Origin: Firmicutes bacterium UBA5766
Lineage (GTDB): Bacteria; Bacillota; Desulfotomaculia; Desulfotomaculales; Nap2-2B
Direction of reading: 5' to 3'
DNA length: 64,000 bases
Assembly: GCA_002418775.1 (NCBI GenBank)
Contig: DIEU01000049.1
Span: forward strand, 32,241-96,240
In this document: in pieces, positions 16,142 through 25,486 of the stretch
Numbering within the stretch: the first letter of the stretch is position 1
Layout: each line of letters opens with the position of its first letter
Made by a program: the position numbers and the translations under genes
Notes under the pieces: model-generated
Seen by the model: only the letters and a program-made list of their open reading frames with translations
Told to the model about the DNA's origin: nothing
The model's database searches: none

Positions 16142-17322
16142 TATTGAATAATCACCTCACCGGGGCCCGGAAAATCAAGCCGCTTTTCTAAAATGGTTTT
16201 CCCAAGCGGAGTTTGTTCAAGTAGCCTGACAATTCTTTCACTCGCCTTTCCGTCCCGGAAGGGATCGTAAGGGTTGACTGTTTTGGGCAGACCGGCGCGA
16301 AATACCGGATCGGTCAAAGCTTTTTGCAGGCCTTGAACAATGTCTTCCCTGCGGCAGTTTACATCCAATACGCTTTCCGCCCTGATTCTGCCCTTTTGGC
16401 GGTTGCCTATGTTGACGGTTGGAATGTGGAAGCTGGGCGCTTCGATAATGCCGCTCGAGGAATTACCCACCACCGCTGAAGCAATCCGCATCAATCCGAG
16501 GTAACCCCGGGAACCCAGGCTTGGTTTAAGCAGCACATTGTTTTTATTCAAAGCATAATCCTGCCAGATTTGAATCACCGCCTGATAGCCTGTTTCCATG
16601 CCGGGATAGGTAATCACCTGCTGGTATTCCTGAAATTGCTCCAGGGCCAGCGCAACTTCTTTTGCCTGAGCTTCCGTATCATTTTCGCCGGTAATTGTTT
16701 CCGGGTGAAAAGTAATCAGCAGGGTGGGTGTTTCGGGATCTATGCCGAAGTTGTTTTTGATTTCTGATGGTGAAAGATAATCACAGGAGTAAATATTTTC
16801 GATTCCGGTTGAGCCGACAACGTGAATCCGCCATGCCTCTTCACCCATCCGCCTGATCCGGCGCCCATATTCCCAGGTTGAAACAAAATGAAGATGGGCC
16901 ATCTTTGTCAGCGCATGGCGCACCTGTTCGTCAAGCGCGCCCTCGGTTGATTCACCGCCGGCAATGTGGGCGATCGGCGCCCTATAGATTAAAGCGCAGG
17001 CAGCGGGGGCAAGGAGTTCGTATCGATCCCCCAAAAGAAGCAAAAAATCGGGCCTGTATTTCCCGATTATTGAAGCCATTTTAACGGTTGCCTCGCCGAG
17101 AGATCCGGCGATGGATTCATGATTATCGGAAGCGGGCGTGAAGGGGACTGTTTCGGCAACGGCAAATCCGTCCTTTTTAATGTCCGAAATTGTACCGCCC
17201 TTGTATGAGGCCAGATGATCGCCGGATGCGACCAGGATAAGCTCGAGGTCCGGGCTGTCCGAAATATTCTTCAGGACCGGTTTTAACAGGCCGTAATCAG
17301 CCCTTGTTGAAGAAAAGGCCAT
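16141..17322 (-). CDS. UDP/GDP-N-acetylglucosamine 2-epimerase (hydrolysing), NeuC/LegG family
   Basis: 'STRADYGLLKPVL...HIAGGE.TEGA.DE..RHA.TK..H.HF' is typical of NeuC. I set the start at ATG 17322 (MAFSSTRADYG), overlapping the upstream stop in TAATG. The Arg-rich 83-aa N-terminal extension in the ORF track is out-of-frame overlap with the acetyltransferase gene. Confidence 0.9.
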   Translation of the reverse strand: MAFSSTRADYGLLKPVLKNISDSPDLELILVASGDHLASYKGGTISDIKKDGFAVAETVPFTPASDNHESIAGSLGEATVKMASIIGKYRPDFLLLLGDRYELLAPAACALIYRAPIAHIAGGESTEGALDEQVRHALTKMAHLHFVSTWEYGRRIRRMGEEAWRIHVVGSTGIENIYSCDYLSPSEIKNNFGIDPETPTLLITFHPETITGENDTEAQAKEVALALEQFQEYQQVITYPGMETGYQAVIQIWQDYALNKNNVLLKPSLGSRGYLGLMRIASAVVGNSSSGIIEAPSFHIPTVNIGNRQKGRIRAESVLDVNCRREDIVQGLQKALTDPVFRAGLPKTVNPYDPFRDGKASERIVRLLEQTPLGKTILEKRLDFPGPGEVIIQ

Positions 17323-18047
17323 TATCCTGCGCAAGCTGCCATAACACCTCTGGAAGGATTCTTGACAATTACCGCCGGGTTTCCAAAGGCGGTCACACCT
17401 GCGGGTATGTCCCTTGTAACAACTGCCCCGGCGCCAATCAAGGCGCTTTCCCCGATAGTGATTCCCTGGATTATCCGTGCGCCTGCGCCGATAAACGCTT
17501 TTTCTTTTACCGCTACTTCTCCGCAAAGAACGGCGCCCGGACCGATCTGGGCCGAATGACCGATCAAACAATCATGTTCGACTATAGCTCCGGAATTGAT
17601 GATTACATTTTCTTCTATCACAGCGCGGGTGTTAATAATTGATCCGGCCATTACCACGGTAGCCGGGCCGAGCCGTGCAGTCCGTGAGACTATTGAACCC
17701 GGGTGCTTGAAAACGGGAAATTCAAAACCATTATATAGACAGTATTCGTAAAGGGTTTTTCTTTTCAGGTTGTTAAAACCCGCCATACCCATGGCGGCAT
17801 ATTTGAGCAGTTTATCAGGAAGGTTGGCAATAATACTGTCATTGCCGAGGTAGGGTAGCTCATCTCTTGTCAGAATGTTTTCTGGTTGAGGATCAACACA
17901 GCCGACCGGCTTGAACTTTTTTGTCATGAGGATTATTTCAACGACAACCCTTGCGTGGCAACCAGCCCCGATAATCACAATCGGTTTTTTATTCATAGGC
18001 ATATTCTGATACATCGTTTGCTTTCGATACAAGGGCAATTGAATCAC
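17322..18047 (-). CDS. sugar N-/O-acetyltransferase, NeuD/PglD/LegH family (LbH)
   Basis: N-terminal Rossmann-like 'PIVIIGAGCHARVVVEII' followed by hexapeptide repeats. GTG start preceded by GAGGAAAG. Confidence 0.8.
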   Translation of the reverse strand: MIQLPLYRKQTMYQNMPMNKKPIVIIGAGCHARVVVEIILMTKKFKPVGCVDPQPENILTRDELPYLGNDSIIANLPDKLLKYAAMGMAGFNNLKRKTLYEYCLYNGFEFPVFKHPGSIVSRTARLGPATVVMAGSIINTRAVIEENVIINSGAIVEHDCLIGHSAQIGPGAVLCGEVAVKEKAFIGAGARIIQGITIGESALIGAGAVVTRDIPAGVTAFGNPAVIVKNPSRGVMAACAG

Positions 18048-18200
18048 ATACTTTCCTCACAGATTCGTCAGTTACAAAGTAGCGCTGGAAATTTATACCC
18101 CTGTATTATAATTCGTCGGCAATACTGTTTTTCTGTAGGTCTACTATGAAAATTTACTATCCCCAGGGAGGGCAACTGCCTACGTGCTCATGTTCGTCTC

Positions 18201-19172
18201 TTACATTATATAAAGTCCTGATTTGTATATCGGGGTGTTCTGCGCAAACCATTCGATTGTTTCCCTAAGCCCTTCCTCCAGAGTGAACTGCGGTTGCCAG
18301 CCTGTCAGGGTAACCGCCTTTTTATTGTCGCAAAGCAGCCTTTCCACCTCGCTGGCTTCCGGTCTTATCCTCGGGGGGTCAATTTCAATTTCTGCTTTTA
18401 TACCTGAGATATTTTCTATCATCTTAACAAGGTCCCGGATTGAGATCTCACTGCCGCTGCCTAGATTGACTATTTCTCCCGTACATTTTTCCGAAAACCC
18501 CACACAGATCATTCCTTTTACCGTGTCCCGGACAAAGTTTAAATCTCTGGTTGGTATAAGGCTTCCCAGGCGGACTGTTTTATTTTCGCCAAGGATCTGG
18601 GTAATGATTGTCGGAACAACCGCCCGGGTAGACTGGCGCGGCCCGTAGGTATTGAAAGGCCTTGCCACAGCAACGGGAAGGCCGAATGAGCGGTAATAGC
18701 TTAAAGCCAGCTGGTCGGCGGCAATCTTTGTGGCGGCGTAGGGGGATTGGGCCTGCAGCGGGTGCGCTTCATCTATGGGTACATATCTGGCTGTTCCATA
18801 AACCTCGGAAGTTGAGGTGACAACTACTTTTTTTGTGCCCAGTTCCGCAGCAGCCTGACATATGTTGTATGTGCCTTCAAGGTTGGTTTTGATATATGCA
18901 AGCGGCGATATATAGGAGTAGGGGATACCTATTAAAGCAGCAAGGTGGAAAACAAGATCAACGTCTTGTAAACAACTTTTTACACTGTCATAATCCCTGA
19001 CATTGCCGGTGACAATCTCCATACCGCCAATTAAGGGGCTGTTTTCCAGCCATCCCCAGTTATTGCGGGAGTTGTAAAGAATTAAGGCTCTTACATTGTG
19101 CCCCCGCTTAACCAGTTCTTCGCACAAGTGAGAGCCTATAAAACCGCCTGCTCCTGTCACCAAGATTTTCAA
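18201..19172 (-). CDS. NAD-dependent nucleotide-sugar 4,6-dehydratase (LegB-like SDR)
   Basis: 'KILVTGAGGFIGSHL' is the NAD-binding motif and 'SPYAATK' gives the catalytic YxxxK. 'LYNSRNNWGWL' resembles the LegB-type subfamily as I remember it. TTG start. Confidence 0.75.
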   Translation of the reverse strand: MKILVTGAGGFIGSHLCEELVKRGHNVRALILYNSRNNWGWLENSPLIGGMEIVTGNVRDYDSVKSCLQDVDLVFHLAALIGIPYSYISPLAYIKTNLEGTYNICQAAAELGTKKVVVTSTSEVYGTARYVPIDEAHPLQAQSPYAATKIAADQLALSYYRSFGLPVAVARPFNTYGPRQSTRAVVPTIITQILGENKTVRLGSLIPTRDLNFVRDTVKGMICVGFSEKCTGEIVNLGSGSEISIRDLVKMIENISGIKAEIEIDPPRIRPEASEVERLLCDNKKAVTLTGWQPQFTLEEGLRETIEWFAQNTPIYKSGLYIM

Positions 19173-19200
19173 AGAAAAATGCCCCTTTCGACTTTCTTGC

Positions 19201-21030
19201 TTATTTTAAGGAATTTAAAGACGTACATATCCATTCTTCAATTTTTTCCGCCGCCTTGTTAAGATCTGTATAAAAAACGCAGGACTGTTCGATTATATTT
19301 CTTGACTTTTCAATTTGCTCAACAGTCTCCTGCTCTTCAACACGGGCAAATTTCTGGTAAGCAGGTGAAAAAATCGAATCAAGCCAGGGAAAAGCTTTTT
19401 GCTGTTCAAATATTTTTTGGTCCAAATGCTTTAGTTTTTCTTTGAACAGGTCTATCTTTTTAAGGGACGGCATTTCACCAGAGCTGTATAGCTGGTCCAA
19501 TTTCTGTGATATCTGCAGTCCTAAACGGGCATACTTTTTTACCCTTCTTAAGCATTGTTTTGTTTCTTTTAAATCAAAACATATTTTTTCGATCACATCA
19601 AGAGGAATATCTTTTTGTACAGCCAGTTTCTTTAATGTTTCGTCAATAGGATATTCTTTTGTCAGGTACCTGTCTATAGTTTCCCTGAAAGTCATTTCTT
19701 CAGTACCGGGAATTCTGGCTCCGCCTTCGGTAGCGTTGATTATTTTTACATGATCTTTGACCAGGGGGATCTCTTCTTCGTACCAGTGTAAAAAACAAGC
19801 CAGGGGAAGACTTGTTTCAACTTTTTTATTCCCTCCGTATCCCTCTACTTCAACCAGTTGTTCGCTGCCTGCGGTCCGCCCCTTGTAGATTGTCTTTTGT
19901 GAGTGTGTTTTGCGGCCGGTGTAGGCAAGGTCCTGACCGATAAAGATAATTGGATCAAGGCCTGCTTTTACGGCCAGGTCAAAGGAAACATTAGCCACAG
20001 AAGGGCCGCCCTTTAAAATGGTTCTTTTCTCATCAATGAAATTCTCCAGCCAGGACATAAAGTAAGGATCATATGCCCCTACAATTTTTGGCCCTTTAAA
20101 ATTGGCGGGGATGCTTTTATAGGTAACTGGAGAAAAGATCAATACAGAATCTTTAACTTCTGCATTTTCGAAATTTGCCGCGTTGGCTTCCGCTCCGTCA
20201 ACAGTGACGACCAGGTCCGGTTCCATTCCGATGCTTAATATTGCTTTAAAAGCGGTTCCGGCTGCAATAATAACCGCCTTGTTTTTAATTTCTTTGAGAA
20301 GGTGTATATTCTTATCCAGGGATGGACCCGCAGCAACAATTACCCCGGGTACGCCCTTAAATGGTCCGCAAAGAACGTCTACATCCGGGGCTTGAATTGT
20401 TGCCGGAAGATTATATAAAAAGTTTTCTGTCCAGTCGAACGAAAAATGCATCAAGGTATTCGAGCATAAGATATGATCAGCTACAACAGCGTTTACAGAA
20501 TCCTCGAGTTCCTTAAAACTATCACCCGCATTGCGCAGTACGGGCAAATACGCCAGGAGCTTAAGTTTTTCAGGCTGGTAGATGTTCAGTTGTCTTTCAA
20601 TCAGTTTGAGAATTTCTTTTTTTTCGGCGCCAAAGTATAAAGTAACGTTTTCCCTGTTAATCAGGGAAGTGAGGTCAACAGCATTTAAGGCGGTTTTAAA
20701 TGTTGACAGGTCAGGTTCCATGGCCACGATTTTTGCTTTTGGGTATAATAGACTCAATCTGTTAAGGTGGTAACCAAAGCCAATTCCACAGACAAGCAGC
20801 GTATCATCTTCCGCCGCGTAGATATTTTGAGCCCACCTGGCGGCCTCTCTCATCGGGTCGTAGGAGCTGTGCAAGTGGCAGACCTTTTTATTACGAGACA
20901 CTTTCAATGTGGGCAGTCCAGTCTTTGCCGGGACGACCTCGCCCAGAGGTGTCGTCTGTGGTAATCTGTCTGCCAGATCAGGATATCTGTTTTTTAGTGC
21001 GGAAAGATTTTTACTGGATAAGTTGCACAT
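19201..21030 (-). CDS. maf: motility accessory factor (Maf, DUF115/MptE-like) putative flagellin nonulosonic-acid glycosyltransferase
   Basis: 609 aa. The central segment 'VIVAAGPSLDKNIHLL...AVIIAAGTAFKAILSIGMEPDLVVTVDG' is typical of the Maf/DUF115 core. It sits between flagellar genes and the sugar genes. Confidence 0.8.
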   Translation of the reverse strand: MCNLSSKNLSALKNRYPDLADRLPQTTPLGEVVPAKTGLPTLKVSRNKKVCHLHSSYDPMREAARWAQNIYAAEDDTLLVCGIGFGYHLNRLSLLYPKAKIVAMEPDLSTFKTALNAVDLTSLINRENVTLYFGAEKKEILKLIERQLNIYQPEKLKLLAYLPVLRNAGDSFKELEDSVNAVVADHILCSNTLMHFSFDWTENFLYNLPATIQAPDVDVLCGPFKGVPGVIVAAGPSLDKNIHLLKEIKNKAVIIAAGTAFKAILSIGMEPDLVVTVDGAEANAANFENAEVKDSVLIFSPVTYKSIPANFKGPKIVGAYDPYFMSWLENFIDEKRTILKGGPSVANVSFDLAVKAGLDPIIFIGQDLAYTGRKTHSQKTIYKGRTAGSEQLVEVEGYGGNKKVETSLPLACFLHWYEEEIPLVKDHVKIINATEGGARIPGTEEMTFRETIDRYLTKEYPIDETLKKLAVQKDIPLDVIEKICFDLKETKQCLRRVKKYARLGLQISQKLDQLYSSGEMPSLKKIDLFKEKLKHLDQKIFEQQKAFPWLDSIFSPAYQKFARVEEQETVEQIEKSRNIIEQSCVFYTDLNKAAEKIEEWICTSLNSLK

Positions 21031-21060
21031 GGCGCTTCTCCTAAAGACCTGATTTTCAAG

Positions 21061-21414
21061 CTAAGCTAAAATGCATGTATTTACCTGTTCCACAAAAGGC
21101 ACAAGTTCGTATTCCAGCAAATCGCCAATCAAAACGTAATCGTCATTTTCCAATGCGTCAAGTAAACAGGTCAGATAATTGCCAAGTTCTTTTATCTCTT
21201 GACAGTCAAATGATTTTATGTTTCTTAAGAATCCCGCCAGCCAGCGCAACCCATCCGCGGCCTTGGTAAAAAAGAATGCCCCGTCTGCTTCATTGCCATT
21301 ACGCATCAATTCTGCGATAGCCATAAGACCCCCGGCTAACTTGGGCAAATAGTCTTCAGCGGTCTGATAGAGCTCATTGTCAGATAAATTGTTGTTTGTT
21401 TCTTCTGCAGCCAT
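21061..21414 (-). CDS. hypothetical protein (117 aa)
   Basis: Good SD for the downstream maf gene and tight operon spacing. I recognise no family motif. Confidence 0.45.
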   Translation of the reverse strand: MAAEETNNNLSDNELYQTAEDYLPKLAGGLMAIAELMRNGNEADGAFFFTKAADGLRWLAGFLRNIKSFDCQEIKELGNYLTCLLDALENDDYVLIGDLLEYELVPFVEQVNTCILA

Positions 21415-21426
21415 TTCTCCTGCCTC

Positions 21427-21840
21427 CTAAAAATCTTTTTGAATAAACCTTGGTGAAGGTACGATATTTCTCTTGTAGGCTTGAAAAGTATCCCTTGTTT
21501 TATTCAAGATCTTGTTTTCTTGCCTTTTTATTGAAATGCACTCGGTCATTAAATCCAGAAGTAAATCCATATTTATTTTGACTTCTTTTGTTTCGTGAAG
21601 AAGTTCTGAAAAAGCGCCTTTGACCATAGGAGATGTAAAGGGGGCAGAATGATTATTATACCTGCTTAAGTCTGTAATCCTTTCTCTTATTTCCGCTTCC
21701 GTCTTCCACAGCTGTGTTGCTTTTTCCAGGTTGCCCAGTTTTATTTCGTTCTCTGTTAATAGAATTAATTCCTTGAGGCTGGAATAGGCGTTTTTCTGTT
21801 TTTGTATAGCGGTCATTAATTCATCTGCCGTAAAGGTCAT
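21427..21840 (-). CDS. hypothetical helical protein in the position of FliT (137 aa)
   Basis: It lies immediately downstream of fliS (2-nt gap), as fliT does in Bacillus, and has helical, coiled-coil-like composition. The assignment is positional only. Confidence 0.45.
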   Translation of the reverse strand: MTFTADELMTAIQKQKNAYSSLKELILLTENEIKLGNLEKATQLWKTEAEIRERITDLSRYNNHSAPFTSPMVKGAFSELLHETKEVKINMDLLLDLMTECISIKRQENKILNKTRDTFQAYKRNIVPSPRFIQKDF

Positions 21841-21842
21841 CT

Positions 21843-22217
21843 TTACATCCCTATTTTACAGGCGCCCTTGGACCATGAGTCTTTTATTTCGGTAAGAAGT
21901 TCGGTTATCTCATCAAGGATTGTGACATCTCTCTTGATGTTTGCCTGGATAAGCCGAAAATGCATGTACTCATATAATCTTTCGAGATTAATGGCAAAAT
22001 CTCCGGCCTCAAAGTTCAAGCTTGCCCGCAGTTCATTGATTATCTTCTGGCTTCGGCTTAAAAGGTAATTTGTTTTGGCTATTTCACCCTGTTGGATCGT
22101 TTCCTTCGCCTGTTCAATGAAACTCAACGCTCCCTCATAGAGTATAAGGACGAGCTTTTCCGGCGGGGCTGTAATAACGTTATTCTGAGCGTATGCGGCT
22201 ACCTTTTCATCGATCAT
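21843..22217 (-). CDS. fliS: flagellar export chaperone FliS
   Basis: 'LILYEGALSFIEQAK...RSQKIINELRASLN...LERLYEYMHFRLIQANIKRD' matches the FliS family pattern. Confidence 0.9.
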   Translation of the reverse strand: MIDEKVAAYAQNNVITAPPEKLVLILYEGALSFIEQAKETIQQGEIAKTNYLLSRSQKIINELRASLNFEAGDFAINLERLYEYMHFRLIQANIKRDVTILDEITELLTEIKDSWSKGACKIGM

Positions 22218-22253
22218 TTGGTCGTCCCCCTTTGTCTGTTTCTTTAGTTTTTG

Positions 22254-23951
22254 TTAAGAACTGCTGTTCATCGCTGAAATTTGGTTTGTCAGCCATGTGC
22301 TGGTTGAATTGAACTGACTAATAAGTTCTTCCATCTGCGCGAACTGTCTCTCCAGTTGCTGCTGTCTGATTTCCAGCCGGTCGTTCATATCCTCAATTGA
22401 AGCGTTTAAAAACTTTATCTCTTTTTCGTAAGCTTTTTGGTGTGCAGATATAAGACCATTTCCATCATTAATCTGGCGGTCAATTTCTTCTATTAGGCGG
22501 ACTGAAATTCCATTTTCACTTTCTCCAAAAAGATTGGCCAGGGCTGTTGATTGGTCTTGGGCTGCTGAAGTTAATTTGCTCTCGTCTATAACTAATTTGC
22601 CGTCACGATCAATAGTAATTCCTGCCTGCGATAACCTGCTCAGGCTTGTTATTGTTCCTTCAACAGGAGCGATAGTCTTTCTCCAGATGGACTGAACCAG
22701 GGACTGCAAAGATATGTCTCCGTTTAATGTGCCTTCTTTATCCAGATCATCGTTGATTAAACTGACCACTTCATTGTACTGGTTGACGAAGTCACTGATC
22801 TTGCTTACAGTCGATTCATAATCAGGCTTAACTTCTATGCTTGCTTCTCCTGAAGTCAGCAGGGTAACGTTCAACCCGGGGATAATATCTGAAACTTCAT
22901 TCGAATCGCTGTAAAAAGTTGCCCCTCCGTTAATTTCCGATATTGAGAAAGCTGCGTTGGCCCCCAGATCCTGTTGAGCGTTTAATATGTCCAGGGTAGC
23001 CAGGAGATTCCCGCTTGTTTCTGATAAAGACATACCAATGCTGCCAGTTTTGCTTGATTTAAGAGCAATTTTGTCTGATACGGGATCATAGCTGGCATAA
23101 ACTTGAGCGTCAGAACTATTTATCCGGCTGATTATGTCGTTTAATGAATCAGCCGTAGTGTCGTAATCTATTGAAACACCATTGATTGTAAAACTGCCGC
23201 TGGTTGTGGAAAGAAGTCCGTTTTTCAAACGCGAATCATCCAAAATTGCATCTGTTTTGGTCATTCCCAGGTTCGCCTGGCTGGTTTTCGTATAAGGTCC
23301 GCTTCCCTGTGCAGGAGCGGCCAAAAGGCGTGTGGCGGTAAGAAAATTGCTTGTATCAGCGCCCTGGCCAAGGTTAAGGTTGTCAGGATTGTCGCTTGTT
23401 AAAACCAGGCGGTCGTTTAAGTAACTTGCTGTAACTCCGGTTGTTGACGACTGCGCATTGATCCGGTCGATTACATTTACCAGGCTGTCACTGGCTGCGT
23501 CCAGGGTAAAAGTATAATTGTTGATTGTAAATGTTCCGCTGGTGGGGGTAATGGCAAAACCGGCTTCGCTGCTGTTTAAAACGGCGCCGGTGTTAACCGG
23601 CTGGCCGATTGTCCCGGCGCTTTGCGTTTTGGTTCCGGTGGCTGTGCTGGTTATGTTAAAATGATATGTTTCCGGCAGGGCGCCGCTCTGTGCTGAAGCT
23701 TTAAGCACTGACTCATTGCTGACCGTGGTGGTTTTACCCGAAAAGGAAGTGGACAGGTTCAAATCTGACAGTGCGTTTTTCAGGGAAAGGAGTTTGGTGT
23801 TAATTGTGCCCCAGGCATTTTTTTTGGCGGTTAAATTTGTAACCTTTGTTTTCATATTGGTCACAGGTTGTTTTTCAAGCTGCATTAATGCCTCAATTAT
23901 GCTGTCTGTGTCAATGCCGGAGCTAATTCCCGTAAATTGAATGGTTGACAT
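22254..23951 (-). CDS. fliD: flagellar filament capping protein FliD
   Basis: N-terminus 'FTGISSGIDTDSIIEALMQLEKQP' and a C-terminal coiled coil '...LERQFAQMEELISQFNSTSTWL'. Confidence 0.9.
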   Translation of the reverse strand: MSTIQFTGISSGIDTDSIIEALMQLEKQPVTNMKTKVTNLTAKKNAWGTINTKLLSLKNALSDLNLSTSFSGKTTTVSNESVLKASAQSGALPETYHFNITSTATGTKTQSAGTIGQPVNTGAVLNSSEAGFAITPTSGTFTINNYTFTLDAASDSLVNVIDRINAQSSTTGVTASYLNDRLVLTSDNPDNLNLGQGADTSNFLTATRLLAAPAQGSGPYTKTSQANLGMTKTDAILDDSRLKNGLLSTTSGSFTINGVSIDYDTTADSLNDIISRINSSDAQVYASYDPVSDKIALKSSKTGSIGMSLSETSGNLLATLDILNAQQDLGANAAFSISEINGGATFYSDSNEVSDIIPGLNVTLLTSGEASIEVKPDYESTVSKISDFVNQYNEVVSLINDDLDKEGTLNGDISLQSLVQSIWRKTIAPVEGTITSLSRLSQAGITIDRDGKLVIDESKLTSAAQDQSTALANLFGESENGISVRLIEEIDRQINDGNGLISAHQKAYEKEIKFLNASIEDMNDRLEIRQQQLERQFAQMEELISQFNSTSTWLTNQISAMNSSS

Positions 23952-23968
23952 GGTTCCAACTCCCTTTT

Positions 23969-24337
23969 TTACACATAATCATCCATGAATGTCCCTACAG
24001 CATTTTTTATTTGGGCCAGTATATCCAGAAATTTTTCCTCAGGAATTTCTTTAATTACTTCTTCCGGATACCGGGTTGAATCAACGACTTGTACTATAAG
24101 CCGCTTCGTAGCTTTGTGGACCTTAAACCGCAGATCATAACCCACAAAAATTGCCAGCCTGTTTAAAGTCTCGGTGTCGGCTTTTAATACTTTGATATTT
24201 TCTTCCGCTGCCCCGGTTTTTCCCGCATTTGAATCGTCTTCATTTTGGGCCTGCTGTCTTTTTTGAACCGGTTTAAAGTCCTGCTGCAGGGTAGACTCTA
24301 TTATCGCCTGGATTGCGCTTTTTTCTTCGATTTTCAT
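23969..24337 (-). CDS. flaG: flagellar protein FlaG
   Basis: 'LRFKVHKATKRLIVQVVDSTRYPEEVIKEIPEEKFLDI' is the FlaG family core. The gene lies between the flagellin and fliD. Confidence 0.8.
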   Translation of the reverse strand: MKIEEKSAIQAIIESTLQQDFKPVQKRQQAQNEDDSNAGKTGAAEENIKVLKADTETLNRLAIFVGYDLRFKVHKATKRLIVQVVDSTRYPEEVIKEIPEEKFLDILAQIKNAVGTFMDDYV

Positions 24338-24397
24338 AGATCATCATCCTCTTCAAATTCCAAAGGGCCTTCTTAACAGGCATTTTGTTTCCCCTAA

Positions 24398-24439
24398 CAG
24401 GAGGGACGGCCGGATGCTGTAATACCCCGGCCGGTCCTG
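24398..24439 (-). terminator. GC-rich stem-loop after flagellin copy 1 (no clear U-tract; leaky terminator or RNA stabiliser)
   Basis: Plus-strand arms 'caggagggacggccgg' (24398-24413) and 'ccggccggtcctg' (24427-24439) pair with one bulge. Confidence 0.4.
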
Positions 24440-24456
24440 ATAAAGGGTTCCAAAAA

Positions 24457-25284
24457 TTATCTCATTAAAGAGAGTATCTGCGAGGGTATTTGGTTCGCCT
24501 GAGCTAACATAGCCATGCCGGTTTGCTGCAGGATCTGGTTTCTTGAGTACTCGGTCATTTCTTTGGCCATATCCAGATCGCGGATTCTCGACTCGGCTAC
24601 GGTGAGGTTTTGATTCATATTTCCCAGGTTGGTAATCGTATGCTCAAGGCGGTTTTGATAAGCGCCGAGCTGTGCCCTGCGGGTGGCAAGTTTCTCAATG
24701 GCATTCTGCACTTTCGTGATCGCGGCGTTTGCCCCGGTCACAGTAGTCAGTGACAGTGTTCCTCCTGTTACTATAGCTGAAAAAGCTGCTCTGTTAATGG
24801 CGATGGTCATCTTTTCGGCTGCCAGGGCGCCGACCTGGAAGACCTTGGTGTTGGCGGCGCCTGAGAAGCCGCCGCTTAACAGTTTGATGCTGTTAAAGTT
24901 GACATTGTCCGCCATCTGGTTGATCTGTGCTTTTAAAGCGCTGTATTCAGCATTAATCTTTGCCCGGTCGGTATTGTTCAGACTGTTGGTTGCAGCTTCG
25001 GTGGACAGGTCTTCCAGGCGGACGAGGATACCGTTTATGGTATCCAGCGCACCTTCAGCGGTCTGGATCAGCGAGATTGCGTCCTGGGCGTTCAATTCGG
25101 CTCTTTCCATCCCCTTGAGCTGAGCCCTCATTTTTTCCGAGATGGCCAGTCCGGCGGCATCATCGGCTGCACGGTTGATCCGCAATCCGGAAGACAGCTT
25201 TTCAAGGTTCTTGGTAATGCCAGCCTGGGTAATGCTAAGGTTTTTATTGGCATCCAGCGCCATGGTATTATTGTAAATGTACAC
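24457..25284 (-). CDS. fliC: flagellin (275 aa, short D0/D1-only type), copy 1
   Basis: N-terminus 'LSSGLRINRAADDAAGLAISEKMRAQ' and C-terminus 'QILQQTGMAMLAQANQIPSQILSLMR'. GTG start after AGGAGG. Confidence 0.95.
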   Translation of the reverse strand: MYIYNNTMALDANKNLSITQAGITKNLEKLSSGLRINRAADDAAGLAISEKMRAQLKGMERAELNAQDAISLIQTAEGALDTINGILVRLEDLSTEAATNSLNNTDRAKINAEYSALKAQINQMADNVNFNSIKLLSGGFSGAANTKVFQVGALAAEKMTIAINRAAFSAIVTGGTLSLTTVTGANAAITKVQNAIEKLATRRAQLGAYQNRLEHTITNLGNMNQNLTVAESRIRDLDMAKEMTEYSRNQILQQTGMAMLAQANQIPSQILSLMR

Positions 25285-25319
25285 TTCTTTTTTCCCTCCT
25301 TTTCTGAGTTTTGCGTTTC

Positions 25320-25349
25320 GTGCCTTTTTACGGCCGCTCAGAAAGGCAC
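25320..25349 (-). promoter_or_regulatory. conserved 5'-UTR hairpin of flagellin copy 1
   Basis: 8-bp stem GUGCCUUU / AAAGGCAC. The same stem occurs at 26581-26610. Confidence 0.4.
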
Positions 25350-25370
25350 AAAAACTTTTATTTGTGTATA

Positions 25371-25397
25371 GATTCGGTAAAAAAGTTGATTAACTTA
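25371..25397 (-). promoter_or_regulatory. candidate sigma-28 (SigD/FliA) promoter of flagellin copy 1
   Basis: The minus strand reads TAAGTTAA-N11-ACCGAATC, against the consensus TAAAGTTT-N11-GCCGATAA. It is identical to the site at 26632-26658. Confidence 0.45.
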
Positions 25398-25433
25398 AGG
25401 GTTTTGCAGGTCTGACTTACAAAATATAAATTA

Positions 25434-25478
25434 ATTTTCAAAAAAAAGACCTTCAGGGTTTTTACCTTGAAGGGTCTT
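25434..25478 (-). terminator. rho-independent terminator (duplicated copy of the flgL terminator)
   Basis: The minus strand reads AAGACCCUUCAAGG-UAAAAA-CCCUGAAGGUCUU followed by U8. Confidence 0.7.
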
Positions 25479-25486
25479 TGGAAAGT

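Noticed and set aside
17323-17571. The Arg-rich 83-aa N-terminal extension of the ORF-track entry 16141..17571 ('MFDRSFGPDRSGRRSLRRSSGKRKSVYRRRR...')
   Set aside because: It lies entirely inside the acetyltransferase gene in another frame and has junk-like composition. A conserved NeuC N-terminus (MAFSSTRADYG) starts at ATG 17322 in a TAATG overlap with the upstream stop.
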